Assembly (NCBI GenBank): GCA_965203315.1
Contig: OZ241857.1
Location: 1,344,001-1,408,000 of the forward strand
Source of the DNA: Nitrosopumilus sp.
GTDB lineage: Archaea > Thermoproteota > Nitrososphaeria > Nitrososphaerales > Nitrosopumilaceae
Length of the DNA: 64,000 bases
Direction of reading: 5' to 3'
Shown: positions 21,285 to 31,604 of the stretch, in pieces
Layout: the number at the start of each line of letters is the position of its first letter
Position numbering within the stretch: the first letter of the stretch is position 1
The notes under the pieces: generated by a model
Seen by the model: the letters and a program-made list of their open reading frames with translations, nothing else
Databases searched by the model: none
Told to the model about the DNA's origin: nothing
Translations under genes and position numbers: made by a program

Positions 21285-22199
21285 ATGAAAGCTAAAGCAT
21301 TCTGTCCAGCTCACATCACCGGATTCTTCAAGGCATATCTAAACGACAACGATCAGATATCACAGATGGGGTCAATGGGGGCAGGTTTCTCCATCAAACA
21401 TGGTGTTACAACAACCGTACACACTAGACCTAGATCCAACGGTGAGCCAAGTTTCAACATAACAACTAGTGGATTTGACATTGACAAGACTGATGTGTCC
21501 GAGTATGTACTGACAGAGTTTCAAAGTATTGGCAACTATACAGATATCTTTTTTGATATTAGGCATGATATTGCTGTACCTGTAGGCTATGGACTAGGTT
21601 CTAGCGCTGCAGTTGCATTGTCACTATCGTTTGCTCTAGATCGCGTTCTTGGTACCAAACTAACTCGTACAGAGATTGGTCATATAGCACACGATGCGGA
21701 GATAAGATGTAGTACTGGACTAGGTGACGTCTTGGCGTCGTATCATGGTGGATTTGAGGTACGTACAAGACCTGGTGCGCCAGGTATAGGCAGTGTAACA
21801 AAGATTGTCACAGATCCAATAATAGTTGTGATGATGTGTTTTGCACCAATATCTACTAGTAGGTTCATCAGAGAGAGACTTGACAAGATCAATGGACTAG
21901 GTGGAAAGATGGTAGATCAACTGTTAGATACTAGAGACTATGACCACTTTCAAACAATGTCGTTAGAGTTTGCAGAGTATGTTGGTGTGATGACTCCAAG
22001 GATGCAAGCGTTGATAGGCGAACTTGCAGCAAACAAGATCAGCTGTGGTGTAGCACTATTTGGCGAGACCTTATTTTCAATGATTCCAAGATCGAGAGAG
22101 CGAGATATATTGGATGTACTATCCAAATATAGAGACTGTACAATAATACATTCAGAACTAGATAATATCGGAGCTAGATCACTAGACTATACATCATGA
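21285..22199 (+). CDS. Pantoate kinase (GHMP)
   Basis: PAHITGFF, PVGYGLGSSAA, TGLGDV; first gene of CoA cluster. Confidence 0.9.
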   Translation: MKAKAFCPAHITGFFKAYLNDNDQISQMGSMGAGFSIKHGVTTTVHTRPRSNGEPSFNITTSGFDIDKTDVSEYVLTEFQSIGNYTDIFFDIRHDIAVPVGYGLGSSAAVALSLSFALDRVLGTKLTRTEIGHIAHDAEIRCSTGLGDVLASYHGGFEVRTRPGAPGIGSVTKIVTDPIIVVMMCFAPISTSRFIRERLDKINGLGGKMVDQLLDTRDYDHFQTMSLEFAEYVGVMTPRMQALIGELAANKISCGVALFGETLFSMIPRSRERDILDVLSKYRDCTIIHSELDNIGARSLDYTS

Positions 22200-22954
22200 C
22201 AGATATACCTAAATCACATCCAAGGGCAAAATCACTTGAAATACGCCAGAGGCTAGTTGATGGTTTTGATCAAGGTTTGGTCGCAAAGGAGGGTCTACTA
22301 GCTCAAGGAAGAGGAGAGGCATTTGACTATCTATTAGGAGAAAAGACCGGTAGACCAGCTAGACGTGCAATAAGAGCAGCAGCTGCAACCCTATTACTCG
22401 CAACACATCCTGTAATATCGATAAATGGAAACGTAGCCGCACTGTGTCCAAAACAATTGATTCAACTAGCAAGATGTACTGATGCACATATAGAGATAAA
22501 TCTATTCTACACAAATGATGCAAGAAGAAGAAAGATTGCCAAACTATTTGCAGAACATGGAGCTGACAAAATATTGGGATTAGATAAATCTAAATTAAAG
22601 AGTCTTGATGGAACAGACTCGGCGAGAAGATTCGTAGATGAACATGGAATGTATGTTGCTGATGTTGTTGTTGTTCCATTAGAGGACGGCGATCGTACAC
22701 AAGCATTACATAAATCTGGCAAAACCGTTATAACATTTGATCTAAATCCACTATCTAGAACTGCACAGACTGCAGATATTACAATTATAGACAACATTAC
22801 GCGAGCAATTACAATCTTGATCGAAGAAACAAGACATCTCTCAAACAGTACAAGATTGAAAAAGATTGTTGCAAACTTTGACAACAAAAAAAATCTACAA
22901 GAGAGCATATCCCAGATACAAAAAAATCTAACGAGGAGAGCAGCACATGCATAA
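22196..22954 (+). CDS. 4'-phosphopantoate--beta-alanine ligase
   Basis: HPRA.SL, GRGEAFDYLLGE, VPLEDGDR, DLNPLSRT. Confidence 0.93.
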   Translation: MTDIPKSHPRAKSLEIRQRLVDGFDQGLVAKEGLLAQGRGEAFDYLLGEKTGRPARRAIRAAAATLLLATHPVISINGNVAALCPKQLIQLARCTDAHIEINLFYTNDARRRKIAKLFAEHGADKILGLDKSKLKSLDGTDSARRFVDEHGMYVADVVVVPLEDGDRTQALHKSGKTVITFDLNPLSRTAQTADITIIDNITRAITILIEETRHLSNSTRLKKIVANFDNKKNLQESISQIQKNLTRRAAHA

Positions 22955-23786
22955 ATTGATCAGAGATATAACAGAGATGAAACTCCAAGAGAGAAAGATC
23001 TCTGTAGTTACCAGCTATGACTATACCGTGGCATCATTGTGTGATAGAGCAGGAGTGGATATCTTGCTAGTTGGAGATAGTGCAGGGATGGTTATGTTGG
23101 GATATAATGATACTAGACGTGTCACGATGGAACAGATGTGTGTATTTACCGAGGGAGTAAGTAATGGACGAGAGAATGCACTAGTGGTAGCTGATCTACC
23201 GTTTTTATCATATCAGACATCTATACGTGATGCCATATACAACTCTGGTAGACTCGTCAAAGCAGGAGCAGATGCAGTAAAACTAGAGGGAGGTGTAGAA
23301 GTCGCAGATACCGTGCATGCTATAACACAAGCAGGAATACCTGTGATGGGACATATTGGCGTACAACCACAAACAGCTGTTCTATCAGATGGGTACAAAG
23401 TCCAAGGTAAAACAGCTATGGAAGCATTGAGACTAGTAGATGCCGCCAAAGCACTCGAGTCTGCAGGTGCATTTAGTATAGTACTAGAGATGGTAACCAC
23501 CGAAGCCGCAGATGTCATATCCAAAACGATTAAGATTCCAACGATAGGAATCGGTTCAGGAAATTATTGTGATGGTCAAGTACTTGTGATTCAAGATCTC
23601 TTGGGCATGTATGATAAATTACACCCCAAATTTGTAAAGAGATACAAGAATCTAACAAACGATATCATTGCTGCAATTAAAGAGTATGATGATGATGTTA
23701 AGTCAGATAGATTTCCATCACAAGAGAACTATTTCAGAATGAGTCAAGAAGAGCTGATCAAGTTAAGTGATGTTGTTGATAAATAA
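22947..23786 (+). CDS. panB: Ketopantoate hydroxymethyltransferase
   Basis: TSYD, LVGDS, VKLEGG, GHIG, TIGIG, DGQVLV. Confidence 0.95.
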   Translation: MHKLIRDITEMKLQERKISVVTSYDYTVASLCDRAGVDILLVGDSAGMVMLGYNDTRRVTMEQMCVFTEGVSNGRENALVVADLPFLSYQTSIRDAIYNSGRLVKAGADAVKLEGGVEVADTVHAITQAGIPVMGHIGVQPQTAVLSDGYKVQGKTAMEALRLVDAAKALESAGAFSIVLEMVTTEAADVISKTIKIPTIGIGSGNYCDGQVLVIQDLLGMYDKLHPKFVKRYKNLTNDIIAAIKEYDDDVKSDRFPSQENYFRMSQEELIKLSDVVDK

Positions 23787-25020
23787 GACAGGTCATCCAT
23801 CACTTGATATTGTATCATCAGACGGTGACGAGCTTGATGATAAAAAAATAATTCTATGTATATCGGGCAGTGTTGCTGTGTACAAGGCGATAGAGCTCGC
23901 TAGACTCTTGATGCGACATGGAGCTGATGTTACATGTGTTGCAAGTAATGCGGCAACCAAGCTAGTAAAACCAGACTATTTCAAGTGGGCTACTGGAAAT
24001 AGTGTAATAACAAGACTGACTGGAGATATGGAGCATATCAAACTTGCGGACTATAACAACTCTGATCTAATTGTAGTGTATCCAGCTACTGCAAACACGC
24101 TAGGTAAACTTGCAAACGGAATAGATGATACGCCGATATCGACAATACTTACAGTAGGATTTGGATCAAAGATTCCAATAGTCATGTGTCTTGCAATGCA
24201 CGCTGCCATGTATGAGAATGTATCTGTACAACGAAATATCTCATTTCTAAAGAACAAGATTCAATTTCTAGAACCTAATATGATAGAAGGCAAAGCAAAG
24301 GTACCAGAGCCTCAAGATGTCCTAGATCATATACTAGATATGTATAGATCCAGATCACCACTCGCAAATAAGAAGATACTGTTAACTGCTGGTTCGACAG
24401 TCGAGCATATTGATCCAGTACGTGTTATAACAAATCAGAGTTCTGGAAAGACTGGTGCACTATTGGCTGGTGAGTTTATCAAGGTAGGAGCCAAAGTTAC
24501 AATGATCTATGGTCAAGCAAGCGAGCCTCTACCAAAAGGAGTCCAAGTCATCAGAGTTTCAACAAGCAAAGAGATGAGTGCTTGTATAATGAAACAACTA
24601 CGCCAAAGATTCGATGTTATAGTTATGGCAGCTGCTGTATCTGATTATACACCAAAGACAGTATCCAAATCCAAGATAAATAGTACAAAACAACTAACGA
24701 TACAACTCAGACCAACACCAAAGATAATCGATCAGATACGAGAGAGATCTCGAGATGCATTTGTTGTAGGATTCAAGGCAGAGGCCGATGTCTCTGATGA
24801 TAAATTGATTCGAGCTGCAAAGACAAAGTTACATAAATCCAAAGTAGACATTATAATCGCAAACGATATCGGAACAAGATACAAAAAGAATCCAAACAAT
24901 AACCGAGTCTTGATAATAGACGACAAATCAATAGTATCATCAAGGTGGCAAAAGAAGGAAAAGATTGTTAGATTCATTTGTAAAGAGATCGAGAAAAGAT
25001 ATGCTCAGAATAATATCTAG
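23767..25020 (+). CDS. coaBC: Bifunctional PPC decarboxylase / PPC synthetase
   Basis: SGSVAVYK, PATANT, IDPVRVITNQSSG, AAAVSDY, GFKAE. Confidence 0.95.
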   Translation: MMLLINKTGHPSLDIVSSDGDELDDKKIILCISGSVAVYKAIELARLLMRHGADVTCVASNAATKLVKPDYFKWATGNSVITRLTGDMEHIKLADYNNSDLIVVYPATANTLGKLANGIDDTPISTILTVGFGSKIPIVMCLAMHAAMYENVSVQRNISFLKNKIQFLEPNMIEGKAKVPEPQDVLDHILDMYRSRSPLANKKILLTAGSTVEHIDPVRVITNQSSGKTGALLAGEFIKVGAKVTMIYGQASEPLPKGVQVIRVSTSKEMSACIMKQLRQRFDVIVMAAAVSDYTPKTVSKSKINSTKQLTIQLRPTPKIIDQIRERSRDAFVVGFKAEADVSDDKLIRAAKTKLHKSKVDIIIANDIGTRYKKNPNNNRVLIIDDKSIVSSRWQKKEKIVRFICKEIEKRYAQNNI

Positions 25021-25050
25021 CTAGGACTTCAACCTTTATCAAATCTCTGT

Positions 25051-25194
25051 CTAATTATATCCTATAGTATCATAATATGTTATCTGCGTTAATAGTGACA
25101 ATTCATATTCGCGTCCACACTCGTCAGAACAAAAATCATCCCCATATTTTGTATTTTGAGTGGATAGTTTTTTACACATTTTACATTTTGCCAT
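25051..25194 (-). CDS. Small TRASH/zinc-ribbon-like protein (47 aa)
   Basis: MAKCKMCKKLSTQNTKYGDDFCSDECGREYELSLLTQITYYDTIGYN*; CxxC...FCSxxC. Confidence 0.5.
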   Translation of the reverse strand: MAKCKMCKKLSTQNTKYGDDFCSDECGREYELSLLTQITYYDTIGYN

Positions 25195-25236
25195 TTACTT
25201 GTATTGTACATGTGAATATATAAATTTTATATGGAC

Positions 25237-25354
25237 GGATCTCTTTGATTTACGTGGAGATGACGTTTCACAAGGCTTTTTCTGTAATTTTCCCTTATAG
25301 AATCTCGTAGTGCTTTTTCTGTAACTATTCGTCCCACATAAACTGAAGAGATCC
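25237..25354. mobile_element. MITE family B, copy 1 (118 bp)
   Basis: Imperfect ~27-bp TIRs GGATCTCTTTGATTTACGTGG...CCCACATAAACTGAAGAGATCC; interior similar to copies at 29815 and ~57706. Confidence 0.75.
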
Positions 25355-25465
25355 AAACTAGTAACAAGTCAGAGAATTTAGTCAGATTTGACTCATCAGA
25401 TGTTGTATGTGCTTGAAAATGACTTTTACCCGAACTCTATAATCTGTATTATTGTTTTTAAAATT

Positions 25466-26446
25466 TTAAATTTCTTTAAGATATGTGGTAAACCAATCAT
25501 GTGTAATAATTATTTTATATGTGTCTCCTACTCCAAAAGAGCAATTATTTGGGTGATATGTTGTTGGAGTGGGCATGATTAATTGAATATCTAGAAATTT
25601 TTTTGCAAATATTATGCAAGCCAAAGCATGTAACTTGTTACCATTTAGTGCAATCGATATATTTGATGTTTCTACATATTTTTCTCTAATATCTATCAAG
25701 TATTTTACAAGTTTATCAAGACAAAATATTGGAAACTCTTCTACTACATCTGAAGAATTTAATAGTTGAGAATGTAGTTCTTTAACTTTTAGATGTCTAT
25801 CAAAAGTATCATTATCGCTAGGTAAGATGCTGATCTTTTTGCTAGGTTGTATATGATCGTATATGGAATTTGCTCTAGCAAAATCATGTCTTAAAAACGT
25901 GACTAGTATAGATGAATACCCTGGTAGTAAAGCTCCTGAAAACTCTCTAGTGGTAAAAATCTCATCTATTCCCGAAGATATTGTACTAGTGTCATCTTTT
26001 TGGTTACCATACCTATCTGGTTCAGTATAGATGATTGTCAATTTGTTTGTAATATCTAATAATAAATTTATTAATTCTACTTGTAGATGTGTCTTAAAAC
26101 TAGAGATATTCACTGTAACTGTATTATGCTCTAGATCTATAATTTTTTGTTTGATTTTTAGAATCGTATCATGTCTATTTTTATGAGAGTATCTTTCATA
26201 AACGGTTTTATCACTAAAACTAGCCCAAATCTTTTCTAGTTTATATTTATCGCGCTCATTCTCTTCCACATATGTATCGTATTCAATTATTAGAGAAGTC
26301 TTTGCTTTAAAATTAGAGGATAATAGTTCTTTGTTACTACCAAGACTTCTGTCTTCAAATCCTAATGCACATATGTACAAATCTTGCCTCCCACTAAATT
26401 TATTCATCTTTAAAAATTCAGGAAAGTTGTCTTTCATAGATTTCAT
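25466..26446 (-). CDS. AT-rich hypothetical protein, alpha/beta (Rossmann/CARF-like) pattern
   Basis: ALGFEDRS, VNISS, IYTEPDRY, NISIALNGNKLHALA; composition unlike flanking genes. Confidence 0.6.
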   Translation of the reverse strand: MKSMKDNFPEFLKMNKFSGRQDLYICALGFEDRSLGSNKELLSSNFKAKTSLIIEYDTYVEENERDKYKLEKIWASFSDKTVYERYSHKNRHDTILKIKQKIIDLEHNTVTVNISSFKTHLQVELINLLLDITNKLTIIYTEPDRYGNQKDDTSTISSGIDEIFTTREFSGALLPGYSSILVTFLRHDFARANSIYDHIQPSKKISILPSDNDTFDRHLKVKELHSQLLNSSDVVEEFPIFCLDKLVKYLIDIREKYVETSNISIALNGNKLHALACIIFAKKFLDIQLIMPTPTTYHPNNCSFGVGDTYKIIITHDWFTTYLKEI

Positions 26447-26834
26447 CTTTTCCTAATAATAAAATCACCTTTGCTGTTTTCATTAAATTTAAAAGCTAGA
26501 ATACTCAAACGATCTGATACCAATTTATCATCAAGTCTACCTAGTAATTTCATAGACACTCTATGCTGTTACTTGTTTATAAAGTGTAACGGTACGAATC
26601 GTTTCCTTCCATTATGCTCTTTTACATGTGAACGATTTTTGTTACGTCTTTCTAGATTTTATTCATTCTTGTATTTGCCAATATGGCGTTTGAGATTCGT
26701 ACAAATAAGCAACCAGATAATGATCTTTAGAAACTGAACTGTTGTTTTAAGACTTTGATAAATTAAGATTCGACAAACTTGGGATATCTAGGATACTTTT
26801 ATGAGACCATGATATACGATTAGATATATCGAGT

Positions 26835-27659
26835 ATGACTATATACAAGAAACAGAACATTGCTCTCTGGAACGAAATTGCACCAAGGTATCACAAACGA
26901 TGGGCAGGTGTGCCACGTGGACCATTTGAGGGAACTACAAAACTAGTAGAGCGTGTAAAGATATCTCAAGGAGACAGAGTCTTAGATGTCGCATGTGGTA
27001 CAGGTGCAGTAACTAGACACTTGAGCTCCACGGTAGGCAGTTCGGGGTATGTAGTTGCTGTAGACACGTCCATAATCGCAATAAAGATCGCCAAACAACT
27101 CAACGATGCCATGAATACTCTATTTGTGAATGCTGATGCTGAGAACCTAGCATTTGGTACAAAGTTTGATGCGATCACATGCCAGTATGCGCTATTCTTC
27201 TTTCCAGATGCTGCAAAAGCACTACGTAAAATGCGACTGAATCTCAAACAAGGTGGTAGATTGGGCATAACTGTCCATGGTCATATAGACAAGGTTCCAT
27301 TCTATGGCTCTATCTTGAATGTGATAAACGAGTTCATCCCTGATTACACGACTCCAAATACTCCTGCTCTTGACAGATACAGTACAAGACAAGCTCTGTC
27401 TAGAGAGGTAAAGACTGCTGGATTCTCTGGTATAGTTGTAAAGGACTACACCTTTATGTATAGTCCAGGTACATTTGAGCAGTACTGGCGTGACTATCTG
27501 CGGTATGCTGCAAAACCGATCAAGGCCAAACTTGACTCATTAACTAGAACAAAACGTAGCAGACTCAAAGAGCTGGTATCACAGAACGTACAGCCATACG
27601 TCTCAGATGGTATCATAACATTTCCTTGGCAAGTTTTAATTTTAACTGCAAAACACTAG
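26835..27659 (+). CDS. Class I SAM-dependent methyltransferase (UbiE-like)
   Basis: VLDVACGTG, DAENL, FDAITCQY, LKQGGRL. Confidence 0.88.
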   Translation: MTIYKKQNIALWNEIAPRYHKRWAGVPRGPFEGTTKLVERVKISQGDRVLDVACGTGAVTRHLSSTVGSSGYVVAVDTSIIAIKIAKQLNDAMNTLFVNADAENLAFGTKFDAITCQYALFFFPDAAKALRKMRLNLKQGGRLGITVHGHIDKVPFYGSILNVINEFIPDYTTPNTPALDRYSTRQALSREVKTAGFSGIVVKDYTFMYSPGTFEQYWRDYLRYAAKPIKAKLDSLTRTKRSRLKELVSQNVQPYVSDGIITFPWQVLILTAKH

Positions 27660-27662
27660 TGT

Positions 27663-28127
27663 ATGATGACAAAAGATAAACCTCAATCTAGCTTTGGCGC
27701 GTTTCTACGAAAACGAGCGCCCATATATCTCGGGCTATTAGCATTACTTGCCGTCTTTGTAGTTCCAGAGCTAACCAAAGGAGATCTAGAGAGCTCGTTG
27801 CCAGAACTATCAGAATCTGAACAGAGTGTTGTGGATGTATTGATGACATATGACGGACCAAATGATACCGGTCTAACTGTTCTACAAGCATTAGAGCTAA
27901 ATATCGAAGAAGAGTATCCAAATGAGCGCATATACGTAAACAAGGATACAAAGATCAATCTAAACGTAAAAAGCCTAACAGATACTGCATATCGGATACA
28001 ACTAGACTTTGAATCGCACAAAGGTGTAATACAATATGACTGGAATGTCACTCCCGAGACTAGAGAGATATCAGGAAACAATCCCAAGTCTAAATATATT
28101 ATAGAACTAGTAGACTATTATGATTAG
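27663..28127 (+). CDS. Membrane-anchored hypothetical protein
   Basis: Single N-terminal TM, 154 aa. Confidence 0.6.
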   Translation: MMTKDKPQSSFGAFLRKRAPIYLGLLALLAVFVVPELTKGDLESSLPELSESEQSVVDVLMTYDGPNDTGLTVLQALELNIEEEYPNERIYVNKDTKINLNVKSLTDTAYRIQLDFESHKGVIQYDWNVTPETREISGNNPKSKYIIELVDYYD

Positions 28128-29185
28128 AGTGTAATCAACTCTTTTGTAAATTTATGCATTACAACTGGTCTATCTCGTACTATTAACGAGTCTTCTATTC
28201 TAACTCCGAATATATTTTTTGCATATATTCCAGGCTCGACGGTAATTGCCATGTCCTTCTTTAATTTAGTAGTACTCTTTTCAGAGATCCAAGGTAGTTC
28301 ATGAACATCTAGACCTATACCATGTCCTGTAGAGTGAATAAAATATTCACCAAATCCTTGTTGCTCGATATAATCTCTACACGTACGATCAATATCGCTA
28401 CAAAGTACATTTGGCTTTACAGCTGCAAGACCCAACCTCTGTGACTCTCTTACGGTATCGTATGCCTCTCGTGTCATCTTTGTTGGTCTACCTACAGCAA
28501 AGGTTCGTGTTGCATCAGATACATATCCCTTGTAGCGAAGTGTTAGATCAACTACAATTAGATCACGACGTCCAAACTTTCGTCGTGTCACTTGAGCATG
28601 TGGCTGTGAACCATTTGGTCCACTTGCGATTATTAGTGGGTTGAGTGTAGACTCGTATCCTGTATCAAACATCTGGTTATTCACTGCATATGACATCAGT
28701 ATCGACTGAAGTTCAGACTCACGTAGTCCTTCTTTGATCTCTTTGGTACACAGATCAAACATCTCGTCTATTATTCTTGATGCACGCTTGAGGATACGAA
28801 TCTCGTCTGTGGTCTTTATCATACGTGCATCGTGGAATATCTCTGGTGCATTCTTTATCTTTGGGATCGAACGTTTCAGTGCCGACATTGTAGTATAGTT
28901 TTGACAGTCTGTACAAACTTTACATCCTCGTACTAGTCCAGCAACTAGTTTAATCATGCTGCGACTATCTCTAGTCATTGATATGACCTGACATTCAGAT
29001 TCAGATTTGGCTCGGTATACCTCAAGCTCTGATGTGATAATCGTATCATTATTATCTCTTAATAGCCCAACTCCTTCTCCCCAAAATCCAGTCAGGTAGA
29101 AGAGATTCTTTGGTTCAAAGACGACTATGGTGTCACAACCGATCTTTTTAGCATTCTTTAAGAGCCTTTTGGAGTGTTCATTCAT
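28124..29185 (-). CDS. Xaa-Pro aminopeptidase (M24)
   Basis: D.T..Y.GY.SDATRT, HSTGHGIGLDVHE, TVEPGIY, GVRIED. Confidence 0.93.
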   Translation of the reverse strand: MNEHSKRLLKNAKKIGCDTIVVFEPKNLFYLTGFWGEGVGLLRDNNDTIITSELEVYRAKSESECQVISMTRDSRSMIKLVAGLVRGCKVCTDCQNYTTMSALKRSIPKIKNAPEIFHDARMIKTTDEIRILKRASRIIDEMFDLCTKEIKEGLRESELQSILMSYAVNNQMFDTGYESTLNPLIIASGPNGSQPHAQVTRRKFGRRDLIVVDLTLRYKGYVSDATRTFAVGRPTKMTREAYDTVRESQRLGLAAVKPNVLCSDIDRTCRDYIEQQGFGEYFIHSTGHGIGLDVHELPWISEKSTTKLKKDMAITVEPGIYAKNIFGVRIEDSLIVRDRPVVMHKFTKELITL

Positions 29186-29240
29186 ATATACTTCACATTA
29201 CGATCTCTAGTTTATTAAATGGTTTACACTTTGATGTATT

Positions 29241-29807
29241 GTGGCTAGTAGTATTCGATCACTAACTGTACAAGATGCATATCTGTTCGATGGTGGTAAA
29301 GTGGTGCCACGCGTAAAGAACTGTTTGAATCTATCAAAATATTATCCAAAACCTAGAATGTTCTCTTTTGGAAAGATAGCTCGGATCGATTACTCTCTTA
29401 TGCAGAGACTAGGTATATCATCTAATGATGTCATTGAGATAAAAGGCAAGTCAAGAACTGTTGTGAGGTGTTTGCCAATATATCCATCAGACGAGGGAAA
29501 GAATATGATCAGAGTTGATTGTACTACAAGAGATAACTCTCTTGTAGGAATTGGTGATAATGTCTCAATAAGAAGAGTGAAAGCATATTCTGCAAAAAAG
29601 GTCGTTATGGGCCCAATGGATACATTCACACCTGTAACTGAATATAATCTTAAAGATGCACTAGTTGGCATCCCATTAATAAAAGGAGAAGAGATAGCCG
29701 TTCCATACTTTGCTGATAGCCTGAATTTTCTAGTGGACTATACTGAACCTAACTCTGTAGTACTAGTTGGAAAAAATACTGTGATTGAACTCGATTATAG
29801 TGAGTAA
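29241..29807 (+). CDS. Stand-alone CDC48/VCP N-terminal domain protein
   Basis: GKIARID...MQRLGI..NDVIEIKG, IRVD...RDN..VGIGDNV; no AAA domain. Confidence 0.75.
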   Translation: MASSIRSLTVQDAYLFDGGKVVPRVKNCLNLSKYYPKPRMFSFGKIARIDYSLMQRLGISSNDVIEIKGKSRTVVRCLPIYPSDEGKNMIRVDCTTRDNSLVGIGDNVSIRRVKAYSAKKVVMGPMDTFTPVTEYNLKDALVGIPLIKGEEIAVPYFADSLNFLVDYTEPNSVVLVGKNTVIELDYSE

Positions 29808-29814
29808 CATAAAC

Positions 29815-29927
29815 GGTTTTCTTCGATTTACATGGGATGATATTTCGCAAGACTTTTTTGTATTTTCCCTTCTAGAATCTTGTGGTGATTTATGTAATCA
29901 TTCATCCCACGTAAACCGAAAAGAACC
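29815..29927. mobile_element. MITE family B, copy 2 (113 bp) with 8-bp TSD
   Basis: TIRs GGTTTTCTTCGATTTACATGGGATGA / TCATCCCACGTAAACCGAAAAGAACC; ACATAAAC at 29807-29814 and 29928-29935. Confidence 0.85.
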
Positions 29928-30082
29928 ACATAAACGACTCGTTTGTAGATGGAATATAACAATCGCCTATAATTTATAATTTTCAAATAATTACAATGAT
30001 TTGTACGTCACTACACATTTTGTAAAATTTAATCCATTACAACTAGATCTCTCAGCATCTATATCTACTGATTTACAAGTGT

Positions 30083-30271
30083 CTATAGATTAATCTTGTC
30101 TTTTGTAAATATTGCAAGACCTGCCCCAATACATACAAGCATTCCAATTCCTGTGATATACGCATAGTTGAACCCTGACTCGTCTGTGTGTTGATTATTT
30201 AGCATCAATGTTATCGCAAATAATACAGCAGCTATTATGGTAAGTTTTCGATGAACCTCCAATGACCACAA
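30083..30271 (-). CDS. Small two-TM membrane protein
   Basis: 62 aa with two hydrophobic helices. Confidence 0.55.
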   Translation of the reverse strand: MWSLEVHRKLTIIAAVLFAITLMLNNQHTDESGFNYAYITGIGMLVCIGAGLAIFTKDKINL

Positions 30272-30332
30272 CTATTAGATTAAACTATATGAATCAATTA
30301 ATATTCAACATTACAGGTCTATTACTGTAATA

Positions 30333-31604
30333 CTATTCTGTGGAACGTTTGCGTCTTGCTGCTACTACAACACCAACACCGGCTGCCACCACTGCTGGAA
30401 TCAATAACAACATTGGATCAATCATCGCTTCTTCAACTATGGGTGGCTCTTGAACAAGGATCGTTGTATCATAAATTATAAACAACTCTTCACGTATGCT
30501 GTCCTTGTATCGTAGTTTTAGTGTGATATCATGTTCTCCGTATACAGGTGTGCCATCAAACTCTATTGGTATGTTGAAAGGCACAGGTGAGTCGATCTCA
30601 ATCTCGTCGATAAACTGTGTATGAGATCTGAGATTAGAGTCTCCACGTGGTTCTAGAGATACAAAACCAAACAATCCTTCTTGGTTTCCCTCGTTAATTA
30701 TCTCACCCACTACCACCTTGTTATCTGAAAGTTCAATAACCTCGATATTGAATATCTTTAGATCGATCAGCCCTTTTACATAAAAGTCTACGATCTTCGT
30801 GACCTCGTTCTGCTTTCCTTGTGAATTGTAATATGTTACAACAAGCGGAATTCGTAGTGTATCGTCCTTTATGTTCTCAGGTACATATACTGTAAATGTA
30901 ATCTGTTGTGATGACTTTGGTGCTATATTTCCAATATCCCAACTAGTCTCTGACACTACAACACCTTCAAAGTTATCAGAAGACATCTCTTTAGACGAAG
31001 GTATTACAACCTCTACCCCTGAGATGTATGCTGTACCATCATTTGATATATCAAACGTAATCTGGTTTGATTGTAGTGAGGTCAGAAAAGACTCTGTGGT
31101 TCGTACATTGATTATACTGTCACCGGTAACTTGGAATCGAAACTCTACAAGCTCGTTTCTAACTCCTGACTCACGAACTCGAGAATAATCTAGTTTTACA
31201 GCAGCTGGATACTGTTGAACTTTGGCGTTTGGTCCAATATTCACATAGAATGTAAGATAAAAGTCGTCACCAGCAGCTGCATTTGTATTACTATCAGACT
31301 GTGTGATTAGGTTTGAACCAATAGTTGGTGAGAACTCGAAAGGTAACGCTAATTGACCCTGAATTCCAGTAATATCTTGTGTACCTACATTTGCAAAGAT
31401 TATCGTAAGTGGAACATTATTGTCACCTGCTTTTACTTCGATCTTTTCGTCTATTGTTCCAAAATAAGCATCAAGAAACTTGATATCGATAAAGTCACGA
31501 TCAAAGGGAGCGTTGACATATACATCAGAAGTTATCTGAGCAAACGACTCTGATACTGGTATCGACAAGACCATTACGGCAATCAATACAACTGTATATC
31601 TCAT
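30333..31604 (-). CDS. COG1361-like S-layer-domain protein associated with ABC exporter
   Basis: Signal peptide, repeated Ig-like N.G motifs, C-terminal TM + RRKR. Confidence 0.75.
   Translation of the reverse strand: MRYTVVLIAVMVLSIPVSESFAQITSDVYVNAPFDRDFIDIKFLDAYFGTIDEKIEVKAGDNNVPLTIIFANVGTQDITGIQGQLALPFEFSPTIGSNLITQSDSNTNAAAGDDFYLTFYVNIGPNAKVQQYPAAVKLDYSRVRESGVRNELVEFRFQVTGDSIINVRTTESFLTSLQSNQITFDISNDGTAYISGVEVVIPSSKEMSSDNFEGVVVSETSWDIGNIAPKSSQQITFTVYVPENIKDDTLRIPLVVTYYNSQGKQNEVTKIVDFYVKGLIDLKIFNIEVIELSDNKVVVGEIINEGNQEGLFGFVSLEPRGDSNLRSHTQFIDEIEIDSPVPFNIPIEFDGTPVYGEHDITLKLRYKDSIREELFIIYDTTILVQEPPIVEEAMIDPMLLLIPAVVAAGVGVVVAARRKRSTE

Noticed and set aside
26592-26702. GTACGAATC inverted repeat as a MITE
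   Set aside because: Only 9 bp, no TSD and no second copy seen.
29807-29935. MITE truncating a full-length cdc48
   Set aside because: The stop codon precedes the element and no AAA remnant is visible downstream.
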